Source: Eledone cirrhosa (lineage: Eukaryota). Taken from it: a stretch of 64,000 bases of DNA. The DNA lies in assembly GCA_964016885.1 (NCBI GenBank), contig OZ024742.1, forward strand, positions 156,488,001 through 156,552,000, written 5' to 3'. The notes under the pieces were generated by a model. That model had not been told where the DNA came from and searched no databases. It worked only from the letters and a program-made list of their open reading frames with translations. This document shows, in pieces, positions 43,565-56,950 of this stretch; position 1 is the first letter of the stretch, and every line of letters starts with the position of its first letter. The position numbers and the translations under genes are program-made.

Positions 43565-46047
43565 CAGTGGGTCCTCGATATACGGTAGTTCTTTATCCGG
43601 TAAATTCACAGATACGGTTTTGGGTAATTACTACCATCAATTCTATTTACGGTAAAAAAAATTCACAGTAACGGTTTTTGGTCATGTTTTGTTTATATTG
43701 TACCGTAGAGCCACCTGTAGTAGCAATACATTCCCCCTTGAATTCGTGAAACTGACTGCTATTCGAATTCTAGGAAAATTGTGTTACTACTGCTATCATA
43801 CTAATTGACCTTACCGAGAAACTGGCCAATAACGAGCGAGTTCAGATATCGGTCGATGACGTCATAACTCTTAACTGATCACTTCAGTTCGGCAAACTAG
43901 CGCGTCCTCTCAGTGAGAGAATGTTTGCCGAACTGAAGTGATCAGTTAAGAGTTATGACGTCATTCAAAGTAAGATAAAACCTGAAGGCGTGTTTTTGGA
44001 GCATAATTATTGCGCCATATCTTATAACCCCATATCTCATGGCCCCAAACCATCCTGCGAATAATGCTGATGCAGATGGAAAGGTCAAACGTATGAGGAA
44101 GAGCCTGACTTTGGAGATAAAGCTTGACATTTTGAAAAGGAAGGAACAGGGACAAGGTACGTGCACCATAAGTTGTAACTTAGGCCTAGCCCAGTCTACA
44201 ATCTAGACTGTTTTAAAAAATAGTGAAGCTGTCAAAAAAGCTGAGGAGAATGCTACGAGTCTACATAGTAAATTGTTGACCAAAAATCGTGTGCCGATTA
44301 TGGATAGGATGGAAAGGTTGCTCAAAATTTGGATCGACGACCAAAAACGTCAAAATATGTCTCTGTCTTTAAATGTAATCAGTCAGAAAGCATTGTCCCT
44401 TATTGACAGGCTCAAGACTGACATGGGGGGGGGGGGAATACTTTGTATTCAAGGCAAGCAAAGGCTGGTTTGATAAGTTCAAACGACGTTCGAGTCTTCA
44501 CAAAATAAATGTTACAGGTGCCGCTGCCAGTTCCTACAAAGAGAGTGCTGAAATATTCAAAGCAGAGTTAGAGAAATGCATTGCACAGAAAGGGGTACAG
44601 CAAAATACAGGTTATTAAGTATGATAAAACAGGATTTTATTGGAAAAAGTTGACCACTAATACTTATATTGACAAGGAGAAGAAAAGTGAGAAGGGGTTC
44701 AAAGTCTCAAAGGACCGTGTTACTCTGTTACTAGGAGAGAATGCAGAAGGAGATTTAAAGCTAAAGCCACTCATTATCTACCATTCTGAAAACTCAAGAA
44801 CACTTAAGCAATACCTACCAGTGATATGGAAGTCTAATAAGAAAGCATGGCTGATCACTTCAATTCACCAGGACTTTTTCACCTCATCTCTGTCACCAAC
44901 CTTTAAGGAATATTCATTAGCTAACAACATAGCCAACCGTTTTCTGCTATTAGTGGACAACGCCCCCAGCCACCCACGGGCAATGGAAGACTGGTCAGAA
45001 ATTATCGAGGTTTTGTTTCTTCCCCCAAACACCACAGCTCTAATTCAGCCGATGGATCAAACAATCATCAAAACATTTAAGGCATACTACCAGCGGAGAA
45101 CCATGAAGCAGCTGATAAGGGACACAGATGTGCTTGACAAGACCACGATCAGGGAATGGGGGAAATTGTACAACATCAAGCACGGGTTAGACAACATCAA
45201 GGCATGTTGGGAAGAAGTGAAGCAGTCTACCATGAACATGGCCTGGAAGCAATTATGGCCAGCATGTGTGAATGACTTCCAAGGTTTTGCTGAGGACATT
45301 GGTGCGATAAAAAAAGATATTGTAAATCTCTGCCATAGAGCTGGCTTCGATGGTGTTAATGATGATGATGTGCAAGACCTTTTGGAAAGCCACGCTGAAC
45401 CTAATCCAATGATGAACTCATAGAACTAGACAAGGCGATAGAGGAGACAGAAAAAGAAGAAGAGTAGGAAGAAGAATCTGTGCGTGGCTTGGACATAAAA
45501 ACTCTAAGAGAATGTCTCGGGAGTATCGAAACAATCTTAGAATCCCCGAAAGAGCGTGACCCCAACCCTGCTAGGAGCAGCAAATTGGCTCAAGATGTCG
45601 ATAAAGAGCTCAAGATTTACCAAAAATGTATGAAGTCAATAGAAGCACCGCCAAACAGTCCTCCATCTACTCTTTCTTCAAGTCAGTCACACCTGCCAAC
45701 CATGCTACAGCTGGCCCTTCAGAATCCACTGCAGTCAACGAGTTTGTTGGTTTTGAGCCTTCCACATCACCCTCATTCTCCCCTGCCATCTCGGCCCAAG
45801 ATGAGTAAGGGCTGTACCCCACACTGTCCTTTAGCCTCGGAAGGGACACATGAAGAGGCACATCATCTGATGGAATACGCGGCATGTGTAAGGTATAGTA
45901 AATAAAAAAGAAAACATTATTTCTTTTCTATAGGGATGAATTTGTTGATGTGCTGGAACGCATCCCTATCTATTTCATGTTATAATGGGTTCTTTATACG
46001 GTAAGGGTTTCAGGAACGCATATATACCGTATATCGAGGACTCACTG
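43565..46047 (+). mobile_element. Tigger/pogo DNA transposon, 23-bp TIRs, TA TSD
   Basis: cagtgggtcctcgatatacggta ... taccgtatatcgaggactcactg, flanked by TA; removing it rejoins the PLE RT. Confidence 0.95.
44039..45808 (+). pseudogene. Tigger transposase (CENP-B HTH plus DDE_1), with stops and frameshifts
   Basis: RKSLTLEIKLDIL, MERLLKIWIDD, FKASKGWFDKFKRR, DKTGFYWK, LLVDNAPSHP, FLPPNTTALIQPMDQ. Confidence 0.93.
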
Positions 46048-47343
46048 TATATATTGAAACTGACATACACTACAAAACAAATAGATTCCAAACAATACCT
46101 GCTATTCACCTCCAACCATCCAAAGTACACGAAGACGAACATTCCTTTTAACTTGCAAGAACGATTTGCACAATTGTCTCCAATTATGAAACGCGAAATA
46201 AAAGACTTTAAGAATTAAAGGAAATTCTACTTGAGAGAGAGTACCCACTATTACTAATAAATAATGGAATAGAAAGGGCTAAAGCAATAGGCATTGATGA
46301 ATTACGAAAACAGAAACAAATTCAAGGTACGTCCAATATTCTATCATATATCTCAACACACAGCCCAAGAAATGCGGAAACTTACAAAACTATTTACAAG
46401 AACATCCCACTATTGAAACAAGACCCAAGAATGAAAAAAAGCCCTTGAAACACATAAAATAATCAAAAGCAAAAGACAACCGAATTCACTGAAAACATTA
46501 CACACCGATACCAAATTACTACCACAAACCCACAACCAACTGTCAAAAAATTGTGGAACATGCACTCACCTCATTGAAGGCAACACGTATACATTTCAAT
46601 CAGGACAACATTTTGCTGTAAAAAATCACTTCACATGCTCATCAAAAAATCTAATTTAAGCCATTAAATGTAAAGGATGCTATGAAGATTATATAGGACA
46701 AACTAAGCTCACACTCAGAAACAGAATGACAGTTCATCGCCAACAATTACGAGATCCAACCTCGAGACAGATATAACTAAGCGCACATCTAGACATATGC
46801 GCAAGTAATAAGACACCCAAATTCAAAGTCTTTCCGTTTCATCTTTGCGCTGACAATACAACAGAACATATACGAATAAATAAGGAACATATGTTCATTC
46901 AAAAATATTTCTACTAACGGAATCATCCCCCCCCCAACAAAAATACACAAAATATATATTCTCTTCATCTTAACATGCTAACCATACTCCCACACACACA
47001 CAACATCCATGCACACACACAATACACCTCCCACCACAACTCCCTCCCCATTTCTACTAATAGAATCAGTTTCCTACACACATACACACACAAAATATAT
47101 ATATTCTCTCCATCTTAACATACTCCCCCACACACACACAACTCCCTCCCTCATTTCTACTAATAGAATCATCTTCATATACACACACACACACGCACAA
47201 GCACACAAATAAACATACATATCTCTACTTTCTTTATTTTAATAGAAAGTCTGAATTCGGAGACCCCAGCGAACCAGCCATATTGACTGAACCAAAACAA
47301 TTCTCCCATCCCATTTCTCTTGACCATTATATTTTGTTTGTCA

Positions 47344-47523
47344 GGTGGATTGGCAGTATCGGTAGAGGGTCGGACGTCATGCTTTCCAGCATAGTTACGT
47401 CCCTTTACGATCTGAGTTCAAGTCCAGCCGAGGTTAACTTTGCCTTTCATCCTTACGGGTCGATAAAATAAAGTACCAGTAATGCACTGGGTAATTGCTG
47501 GCCTTGTGCCTAAAGTAGAAACA
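47344..47523 (+). mobile_element. tRNA-derived SINE inserted in the PLE 3' region, 18-bp TSD
   Basis: TSD attatattttgtttgtca at 47326 and 47524. Confidence 0.92.
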
Positions 47524-48687
47524 ATTATATTTTGTTTGTCATAAAATTCTCTAAAAGATTACAAAATAAATTCCCAAATACGGGCGCGGACTTTAATGAA
47601 CTTGTTCACATGACAGCCATACTTTCATTTATAACCAATCAAATTACATTTATAAAAAAAGCCTTCGTAAGCCCCTTTTTTAGGTAAAAAGAAATTCAAA
47701 CAAACTGGCGCGAAAGCTGATGTGCTTATTCACGTGACTGCATCAACCAACCAAACTTCACTCATATATGAAAAAACAACCTGACTCCCCCCCCCCCCTT
47801 GTTTGAAGAACTTTGTAACGCGAACTGACGCGAAATTTATTATACTTATTGACCAACCAATCAAATTACTTCTCTAAAAAACCTGGCGTTTCTAGCCACT
47901 CTTTTCCATATAAAACAAGTAACATTCAAAGACCAACCATATGTGAGAAAAACCACAGACCCTCCATCTCAACTATACTTTTGAAAAGCAGAAGAACTGC
48001 GAAACAACTAAAGGAACTAAATAAATATATATATTTTTTAAAAAATATGACTCCAGTTGGATTTTCGATTTCGTCTTGTATTCTTTATACTTTCACTCGT
48101 GTAGGACACCTCCGTTATTTTTCATTTTGTAAAGAAACCTCATTTTCTAATATATATATATATATACATACTGATATATACACACAGGAAGTCACGCACA
48201 TACAAACATAACAATTCATTATTTTAAAATTGTGATTCAGTTTCTCCACTGTCATCTCGCATAGTATTTGATTAGTTAATATAGATTAATATTTATCAAA
48301 ATATCATTCAATGTGTATAGAGAGATAAAATAATTATTTTTGCTGCAAATGGAAAATTCTCTAAACATTTGAAAACCTTCAATCTACGTCTGGAGATACT
48401 AACTCACTTAGGATGAATAGATTTTAAGATATTCCTTCGCTAGCAGCTGCAGATTTTTTGTAGATTCTCCATTAATGCACATATTATCATGGAAACAAGC
48501 GATGTAAGAGGAATAATTGTGAAAAGAAAATAAGTGTCATGTTTTCTACGTCTCTCTTACAATTACGTAAGTTCCTGAAGGCATACATTCATTATATTAT
48601 CGCAATAAGAAAAATGTTATAACATAACCATGATTTAAAAAACAAATTAAATACTAGATACGTCAACCACCACGATGATAATAAGAA

Positions 48688-48745
<58 letters not shown>

Positions 48746-48969
48746 TATTACAAATATTGTCATTAATAGACGTGAAGTTGTTATATAGGAAATCAGTTGA
48801 TATATATATATATATAAAATATATAATATAGCATCAGCTTTTCGAGTCATCAGCTGCAATCTATAATTTGAACTATAAAAATATTATCTGAGTTGGGCAC
48901 ACAAGTCCACGGAGATGAAGTAATTCAGTGCATCATACTACAGAAACTACACACACACACACCCCTCCC

Positions 48970-49078
<109 letters not shown>

Positions 49079-49250
49079 AAATTTCGCTCTACATGGCTGT
49101 AATCTGAGTTTTTCGAATATTAATAATAACAAGATCAAGTATGAAGTGTCTAATCTCCTGACATGCACATATATATATACATATGTTTCAGAAGATCCCG
49201 TTAAGGGTGAAAGCAGTGATTCTTTGCTTAAACTGTAATCTGTTATTTTG

Positions 49251-49372
<122 letters not shown>

Positions 49373-49379
49373 TGAAAAA

Positions 49380-49587
49380 TAAATTAGACACCCAAAGAAA
49401 ATATTTTACGCCAAATATTGAGTGTACACAAATAATTCCTGATATTTTTCTTCGCTCTGCCAACTAAACGAAATAATCACAAAAAAAGGATAAACATTGT
49501 ATTATAAAGGAAGCCGGCAAAGGAGGTACTGTCGTCATCATTATTGTTACAAAATGATACACAAACCTTGTGCCGAATATGCTAAAG
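49380..49587 (+). pseudogene. PLE RT fragment ending at the hAT left TIR
   Basis: IIKEAGKGGTVVI...YTNLVPNMLK. Confidence 0.7.
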
Positions 49588-51985
49588 CATGCATGTCAAA
49601 CTGAGGATCCCTCAAGGACCGCATGGTTCACATATGTCTTGCCTGAGGGCCACATACAACAACTAACTGTGCACATTACAACCAATTAAAGTCATTTAAT
49701 GAAATTTATTGCCGAAAAATTTGTGATTTAAATTTAGAAACATACAATGTACATTCATTTTTTTTAGCAGCATTCACGAATACAAAGTAATGAAATGATT
49801 TGAGAAAAAAATAAAATATTAAATGGCAACATATACTTGCAGCTTGCAACAGCAACAAATACATTATACAAACATTACAACAGTTCAAACCTGAACATTT
49901 ATTTGCAACTATTCAACCATTTAATCCTGGGGCTTGACACCTCTTTTTGTTGAAAATCTTTGGTATGGCTGGCTGAAATATCTGTACAGTTCTGACTTTG
50001 ATCAGGGATGACATGTGTTGATAAGTCAGCCTTATTCTCTGAGAGGCTTTTGTTAATTTCATGAAGGAAAATAACTGTTCACAAACAGGTAGAACCAAAC
50101 ATTGCTATAATCTTTGTGGTAAACTTTCTCAAGTGTTTTAACTTTTCAGGAAGTGATGGAAAGAAACCAGGTATCCTCATTTCAAGATACTTTGTTCTTA
50201 GTGTAGAATTTGACTTCATTTCCAATACTTCCATCTGCAGGCTTTCTCCTGCCTTGGCAACATCAAAGGTAATAGTGCTGAGAATAATGCAAACTAACGT
50301 TCAAAAGATGAGAAATCACAAAATCGTACCTGAAATTCCTTTGATAACAGTTCCAGGTGACTGTCATACTTAGCACAGCTAAGTACAGAATCAGTATTGA
50401 CAGTGCTTTTCAGCTCTTTCCACTTAGGAAAATGAACTAAATTTTCATTTGACAACTGTGACTTCCATAAACTTAGTTATCTAATGAAGCACTTGATGTC
50501 ATCATACAACTGAGTGATGAGTTTGTATTTACCATGTAATTTCAAATTTAGATCAGTTAATTGTGCAATAATATCCCCATCAAAATTCAGATCTTGGAGC
50601 CAACTTTCCTCTTTTATTTCATTTGTGTGTTGACCTTTTATCTTCAAAAATATAATTATTTCCTGTCTCAACCAGTAGAACATTTTCAGCACTTTATGAC
50701 ATGACAACCAACAGACTTCTGTGTATTATTGTCATCAGTGAACTGATTATCCATATTTTCCAACAACTGGCTGGACTGACGGCGGTTGAGAGCACGGCCT
50801 CTGATATAGTTCACTGTCTTTGAGACCAAGCTAAGCACAGGATGCAATTTAAAACATTTGAACACAAATGTTGCTGATGAATAATACAATGGAAATGTAC
50901 AATTGATGAATCTCGATAAGAGTTTTCTATTTTTCTTCGTAACTTGGCAGTAACACCATTATAGCTGCCACCCATATTCGCATCTCCATCAGGAGATGAG
51001 CATGCAAGTTTACTCAAATCAAAGCCATAATCATGCTGAAGCTGCTCGACTTTCTCAAAGATGTCCTGGTGTGTTGTAGTGTTATGCATGGGGAGCAGTT
51101 CAATCAATTCTTCATAAATATTAAATTCACTGTAACATGCCCTTATTAAAACTACCAGCTCTGATATTCCAGTGATGTCAACGGTCTCATCAATAGCAGT
51201 ATAAACATGTTCAAACTTTGATGATATAGCCTTCATCTGTTGTTTCAGATCACCTGCCATTTCATCAATCCGTTCAGCAAAAGTGTTCCTGGTTAATGAA
51301 CTGTCTTTGAATAACTGTGATTTATCTGGACATACAATTTCAGCTGTTTTTACAAGGCATTGCATTAAAAATCTCCTTCAATGTAAGATTTCTCAACCAT
51401 GACAATCATTCAGCTGAGTTCATAGCTTGCAGTAATCGAAGCAACATTCTCTTCCTGAATTTACATGTTGCTGTGTCAAGTTAGCCTTCAATTCCTTGTG
51501 TCTTCAAACACGCTTTGGGCCTTCATATTTATCTTAAGATCGATGCTTCGTTTTATAATGCCTTTTCACATTGTACACTTTTGGCGTGGCGATGCAGCTG
51601 TTGCAAATTAAACAGTGTATATTTCCGTTCCCTATTGTGCAAAAATACTGCAATTCCTACTTTTCTTGAAACACTCGGCCTTCTTCGTTCAATTTTCTTT
51701 TTCACTTAGCTGGAGGAGCACTAACCATTTTAAAACAAAAAAAAATTGAAATTTTAAAAGAATGTTTTCTGTTTACAACTTTTAATGAGCTGCGCGTGAT
51801 TCGTCGGAAGGGTAAAGTGATTGACAAAAATCGCACAAAAAAAAATCGTATCGAAAACATTTTTTACTATATAGTACGAAGATAAAAAATGTTCGAGCTA
51901 TAAAAATCTATGTGTGGGCCGCAGGTGTGCTTGGAAAGGGCCAAATGCGGTCCAAAACGAGCGTGTAATTTATGGACACCCAAGT
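49588..51985 (-). mobile_element. hAT transposon (SPIN/GTF2IRD2-like), decayed
   Basis: Degenerate TIRs catgcatgtcaaac and tatggacaccc; transposase relic between them. Confidence 0.85.
49913..51728 (-). pseudogene. hAT transposase (GTF2IRD2/SPIN-like)
   Basis: EGRVFQEK, LTRNTFAERIDEM, AIDETVDITG, HFHCIIHQQ, LNLKLHG, CEQLFSFMK. Confidence 0.9.
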
Positions 51986-52784
51986 GGTTTAGAAGTCGAC
52001 CTTAATTAGGAGCAATAACATTAAGAAAGACATGAAGATCGTTTTGTATTGAATATTTTGAAAGTAGGCTTATAAGTATGAATTTTCAGTAGGGTTCCGT
52101 AGCTGTCTCAGTGACCTAACGGTAGGTACTAAAGACGGTGGATATCCTGGTCTTGGGTTCAGTCCTAGTCAAGAGGTACATGTAACCGTTTTCAGTTTTT
52201 ATTTTACAACCCATGGACAAAAGCTGAGAAGGCTTCCCTGGAACCCTACATACGGCGAGGATCGAACTTCAAACCAGGATCAAAACCGTGTATGATTCCT
52301 TCAACTAGCCCACCGAAACAGCTAGAAAAGTAGAATGAAAATTAATAATGATAAACCTACTTTCAAAATCAAAATTAAAAAGATGTGGTGTTGTTCATGG
52401 CATTCCTAGAGATATTAGTCATATTTACATTTGAGATCTCAATCTTCTGGCACTTTATTAACAAGTTTATTATTCCTATGTGTGTTTAACTGTTGAATTA
52501 ATTAAATTATTCTAACAACTAACACACCAGACAACAATATTACGTTAAAATATACAACATAGAAAATTAAAATAATATCTACACATTGAAATGACCCAGC
52601 AGGTAGTCGAATCAAAGAGGCAAGCGAAATAGAGCTTAGAAGGACAAAGCCCTAACAGAAAAATTTAATGTAATAACAACAACACTCAAACAAACAATAC
52701 TGACTTAAGACAAATATAAATAAATAAATAAATAAATAAATAAATATATAAATATAACCACAATATAAATATATAAATATATAA

Positions 52785-53881
52785 ACCAGATGGAAAAATG
52801 CGTACAGCAAAAACAGTAATATTGTTGGAATATAAACCTTTTAAAAATACAGGACAAGAAACTAAAATAAAACTTTAAAAGAATAGGACAAGAAACTAAG
52901 ATAAAACTTTAAAAGAATAGGACAAGAAACTAAGATATAACTTTAAAGAATTGGACAATAAATAAAAAAATATTACAATAATATTAGTGGCAAAATTTTT
53001 ATTGGTAAAAAATCGAGTTCCACATTCATAGGCTCTGGGTTCCACATTCAGAGGTCGTCGTCAGACCGGGGGATCATTTGATCCTGGTTTGAACACCAAT
53101 TGGGCCATAACCATACCCCTATTTCATCATTCGGCGACACGCCTCATGTGTCATGCATAATGTAAATGGACCCATGGGCCCATGAGCACAGATCTTGAGC
53201 AGCAGCGACCGGTCTTGTCGTCCCGCTCATCCTTGATCTTGACAAACCCGTCCATCTTCTCCTTGCATCTTGTACTTGAGTTCATGTCCGGTAGTCCACA
53301 TGAATGCGTGCCACAGCTTTCTGGTACAGGGAGGGGGAGCAGGAGGACTGGAGGGATGACGGGACAGAGGGAGGGAGGACCGGTGGTTGAGGGAGGTGCC
53401 GTAGTCGGTGGTCAGAGTCGACATCTTGTCCCGGTCGTCTTCTCCATCTTCGTCTGGTGTTTCGGGACCAGAAGTGCATTCTTGGAGGAGACCTGCAGCT
53501 GCATCGGCCAATTCTTCTTGCAATGGTCATTCTGACGGAGCAGAACTGCTCAGCCAACCAACCCCAACCAGAACCAATCGCTCAGGGGCAACGCACAATG
53601 AGAGCATGACAATTATTATGCACCAATCAAGAAGATACTGGGGCATAGCACAGGAAACGAATAAAAAAATGTTGTCACTAATATTATTGTAACATTTTTC
53701 TTATTTCTTGTCCAATTCTTTAAAGTTTTATCTTAGTTTCTTGTCCTATTCTTTTAACGTTTTATCTTAGTTTCTTGTCCTATTCTTTTACAGTTTCATT
53801 TTAGTTTCTTGTCCTGTATTTTTAAAGGTTTATTTTCCAACAATATTACTTTTTTTTGCTGTACGCATTTTTCTATCTGGT
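52785..53881. mobile_element. Foldback-like element: ~220-bp inverted arms with ~31-bp subrepeats enclosing a GC-rich core
   Basis: Arms 52785-53003 and 53660-53881; subrepeat aggacaagaaactaagataaaactttaaaagaat. Confidence 0.75.
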
Positions 53882-55297
53882 CTACTATTTTTTAAGGCAA
53901 TGCAAGCAACAACTATCTAATAATTAAATGATCATAGTTTATTACTGACAAGTGATTGACATTTTAAAGTTCTTTTGAGTATAATTGCAATCTAGTTGTG
54001 GCAACTGGCTTAATGACAAAGCTAGTAATTCATGAATGCATTTGAGATGATTAGTGCATAATAGTGAATTGGTGAAACTTGTGCATTTCAATGGTGTTAC
54101 AACAATAGATGTAAGTTATATAGTAGTAATACTTTATCATTTTAACTTTTTAGAATGGACAAAAAACCATGCAAAGAAATGACTTTGACTGCAGTGATTC
54201 TCTTCAATTTACTTACAAAGCAAAACGTGGTCAAATACCTTAATTCCTCATAAAATGCACCTATGAATCGGAAGCCATCACATATATCTATGGATATAGA
54301 GAGTTGTTCACACTGGAAGACCATCACTTCATTTGTGACTTCATCAGTTATCTCCACAATTATCTCAGACACCCAATGCCATTGATGAGAGGTGATCCAA
54401 TGTGTGAACATGTAACTAATCTTATAGAAGTTGTTATCGACCACCTGTCTTTTAGTGACATTTGACTGATTTGACTGGTAATGATGTATTTTTAAAACGT
54501 ATGTCTACATTCTTGTTACTATTTTAAGGCAATGCAAGCAACAACTATTTAATAAAATTTAAATTTAAAAATGATCATTGTGCATTACTAGTATGATGAC
54601 ATTTTATTAACTCACAAAATTAGTCAGTCAGCCATAGAACAAGGATCAGGTGGCAAAAATATTGTCAAAAAGTTGTGTCAATTTAAGATTTCCAACATTG
54701 TTCAAATGAATCATATCTGGTTTGAAGTCAGATTTGTCAAATTTTGACCAATTTTCAATGTTGTGAAGATTGGGCAAGTTCAACTTTTGAATCATTTCTT
54801 TCATGCAGTAATTAAACTTTTCCAAACGTCGTCATTTCTGGATCACCTCCCCTAGCGTCACGCTTACTACTCACTCACTTGAACACAAGATTTATCAGCA
54901 AACTTTGATTATAAACTTTTTCCCGCTGGACCAAATTTCTAGATGTTTACGCCAAAAGATACGTAATGATCTACTGTTCATGCTCATATAAGTTCTATCT
55001 CAGTTAAATAAAGTAGAGCCGCGCTGTACTGTCGTAAACAGACGATTGCCAACGAAAACACGACCACAACAATATTACTAAACGGACTACGTCCGTTTAG
55101 GATATAACCACATTAACAAAAAACACTAGTAAACTAAGATAGAATACAATAACCAAAACGCAGTCACCCAAACGCGAACACACACCAAACACTATACACA
55201 CGCAAAAGCATGCGCAGAGAAGAAGACACAAATAAATAAATAAATAAACAGATAAAATAGAAATGGCGTTGACATCAAATACAACAGGAGGAACATA

Positions 55298-55351
55298 ATA
55301 GTACCACTGATGATGTTGAAGATGTTCAACGAAATAACTTTGTTAGACTAT
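55298..55351 (+). ncRNA. Decayed hammerhead (family D-like context)
   Basis: tacca CTGATGA t gttgaa gatg ttcaac GAAA taac TT tgtta; perfect 6-bp stem II. Confidence 0.55.
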
Positions 55352-55595
55352 ATATATGAGTTTATATATATATATATTATGTCAGAATGTTTGACCGTTG
55401 GTCAGTCAATGTTAAACATTGAGTACCAAATGAATTAACTGTGTTAATATAAAAGATACAGAACCGAAAAGCAACGAAAGAGTGTGTAGGTTCTGTTATT
55501 ATTTCTGGTAATATTATTACAACAATATGACCCACCCCAAATATAACAATATTTGTTTGGACACACGATTTCATAACAAAAACTTCACAAAACAA

Positions 55596-55651
<56 letters not shown>

Positions 55652-55653
55652 AT

Positions 55654-55683
55654 ACTAGTCGAATTACCCGCGCCTTGCTGCGT
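55654..55683 (-). mobile_element. Possible Helitron 3' terminus
   Basis: Reverse complement cgcagcaaggcgcg (bulged hairpin), then ~11 nt, then CTAG|T. Confidence 0.35.
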
Positions 55684-55787
55684 TTCACACGTTTATTTTT
55701 TGTAAGAAAAGTGATGATTGATTTAAAATCAATGATAACAATATATATATTGTTGAAAATTGCAAACTTGATTGACAGCACTGAATA

Positions 55788-55826
55788 TGTACCTGAAGAT
55801 TCCGAAGGCCCGAAAGTACTTGTGCA
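55788..55826 (+). ncRNA. Hammerhead (family C) in diverged copy 55751-55975
   Basis: tgtac CTGAAGA ttccgaaggccc GAAA gtac TT gtgca. Confidence 0.65.
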
Positions 55827-56629
55827 ATTAACACTTAACAGTTAACATTCTACCATACTATTTCATTATAATATTATAATTTTAAAGGATTGTAAATAAA
55901 CCGAGTAAATTACCCAAAGCTGGAATTCCTTTTATTAATATAATCTTATATACACAATCATACACACCCGTGTATATTTATATATCTATATCTATATATA
56001 TATATATGATATTTATAGATATACACGTGCCGACACGCACACATGTATTGCACATTGATGGGTGCATACATACTTGTACACAAGTATCCCATACGGCAGG
56101 GCCTAATGGATTCACCTTGCAGTACGTACAATCTGGAATCATACACGCTTTGTTGTTATGACAATACTATACATCATTTCACCTCTTTTATTATTGATGT
56201 TATTGATGTTCTTTTGAGAGAATCGTTTTTGCAAATGACTTGAAATATCGGTTAATGTACGCCATTTTTACCAGTAAAACAAAAATACTGGTCCATACAA
56301 ACACACACACACACAAACACACACACACATACACACACACGCATGTATACGCGTACACTAACATACAAACATATACACACACACACGCGCGCCTCTCCGT
56401 ATAAGACAAGAGCTGAAAAATATGTTTCAACATGTTAAAATCACCACCCCTACACACACACGTACACACACTTTCCTACTGACCGATTCATGTCGATTAT
56501 CACAACAATGAACCACTTTGCTACACACACACACACACACATATTTGTCGTAATAGAAACCTGTACTGTTGACCTCTCAACATGACTGCAACTGAATCAA
56601 GCGGAAAAGGACACTCTTCGATAAACCTG

Positions 56630-56950
56630 CATTTTGCGCGAATCCAGTTCACGCTAAAATCAATTTAAACCTTCACGTGACTTCTACCGACCAATCAAAA
56701 TTGTTTTGACTACAATCATTTTTACAACACGAATTGGCGCGAAATTTATAGTGCTTATCACATGATAATCAACAACCAACCAAATCTTAATACCTCCAAA
56801 GCCACTGTTTTCACATAAATCAGGTAGAATTTCCAAAACTGATCCGATTAGAGAAAAAATCACGAGCATTCTATCTCAAAATTATTTTTGAAAAGCATAA
56901 GAATCGCGCAACCGGTAAAAACTTAAAATTAAACTAAATACTAACTAATA
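56630..56950 (+). repeat. Diverged PLE pLTR-like segment
   Basis: accaatcaaa, ggcgcgaaattta and ttttgaaaagca..ccggta shared with 47630-48015. Confidence 0.6.

Larger units (their letters stand above)
41100..46915 (+). pseudogene. PLE polyprotein (RT, CxxC linker, GIY-YIG), disrupted and split by Tigger
   Basis: IKEADKGSTVVIMD, YGLPKIHK, RPIVAG, FDVVNLYTTIP, YKQISRTAM, WKRNLDDC, IETDIHYK, CGTC, KCKGCYEDYIGQT...RMTVHRQQ. Confidence 0.9.
40435..48150 (+). mobile_element. Penelope-like element: inverted partial pLTR (40435-40690), 5' pLTR (40691-41091), ORF, 3' pLTR (47734-48150), in (TA)n
   Basis: pLTR sequence identity; RT and GIY-YIG relics between the pLTRs. Confidence 0.88.

Noticed and set aside
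44581-45423. 280-aa ORF as a host TIGD gene
   Set aside because: Lies within TIRs with a TA TSD and is frameshifted at both ends; it is a dead transposon
48828-48862. Minus-strand CTGATGA-ctc-GAAA-agct
   Set aside because: No stem II, no UH cleavage site and poor stem I
52850-52960. ~31-bp repeats resembling a CRISPR array
   Set aside because: Head-to-tail with no unique spacers, eukaryotic context, no cas genes
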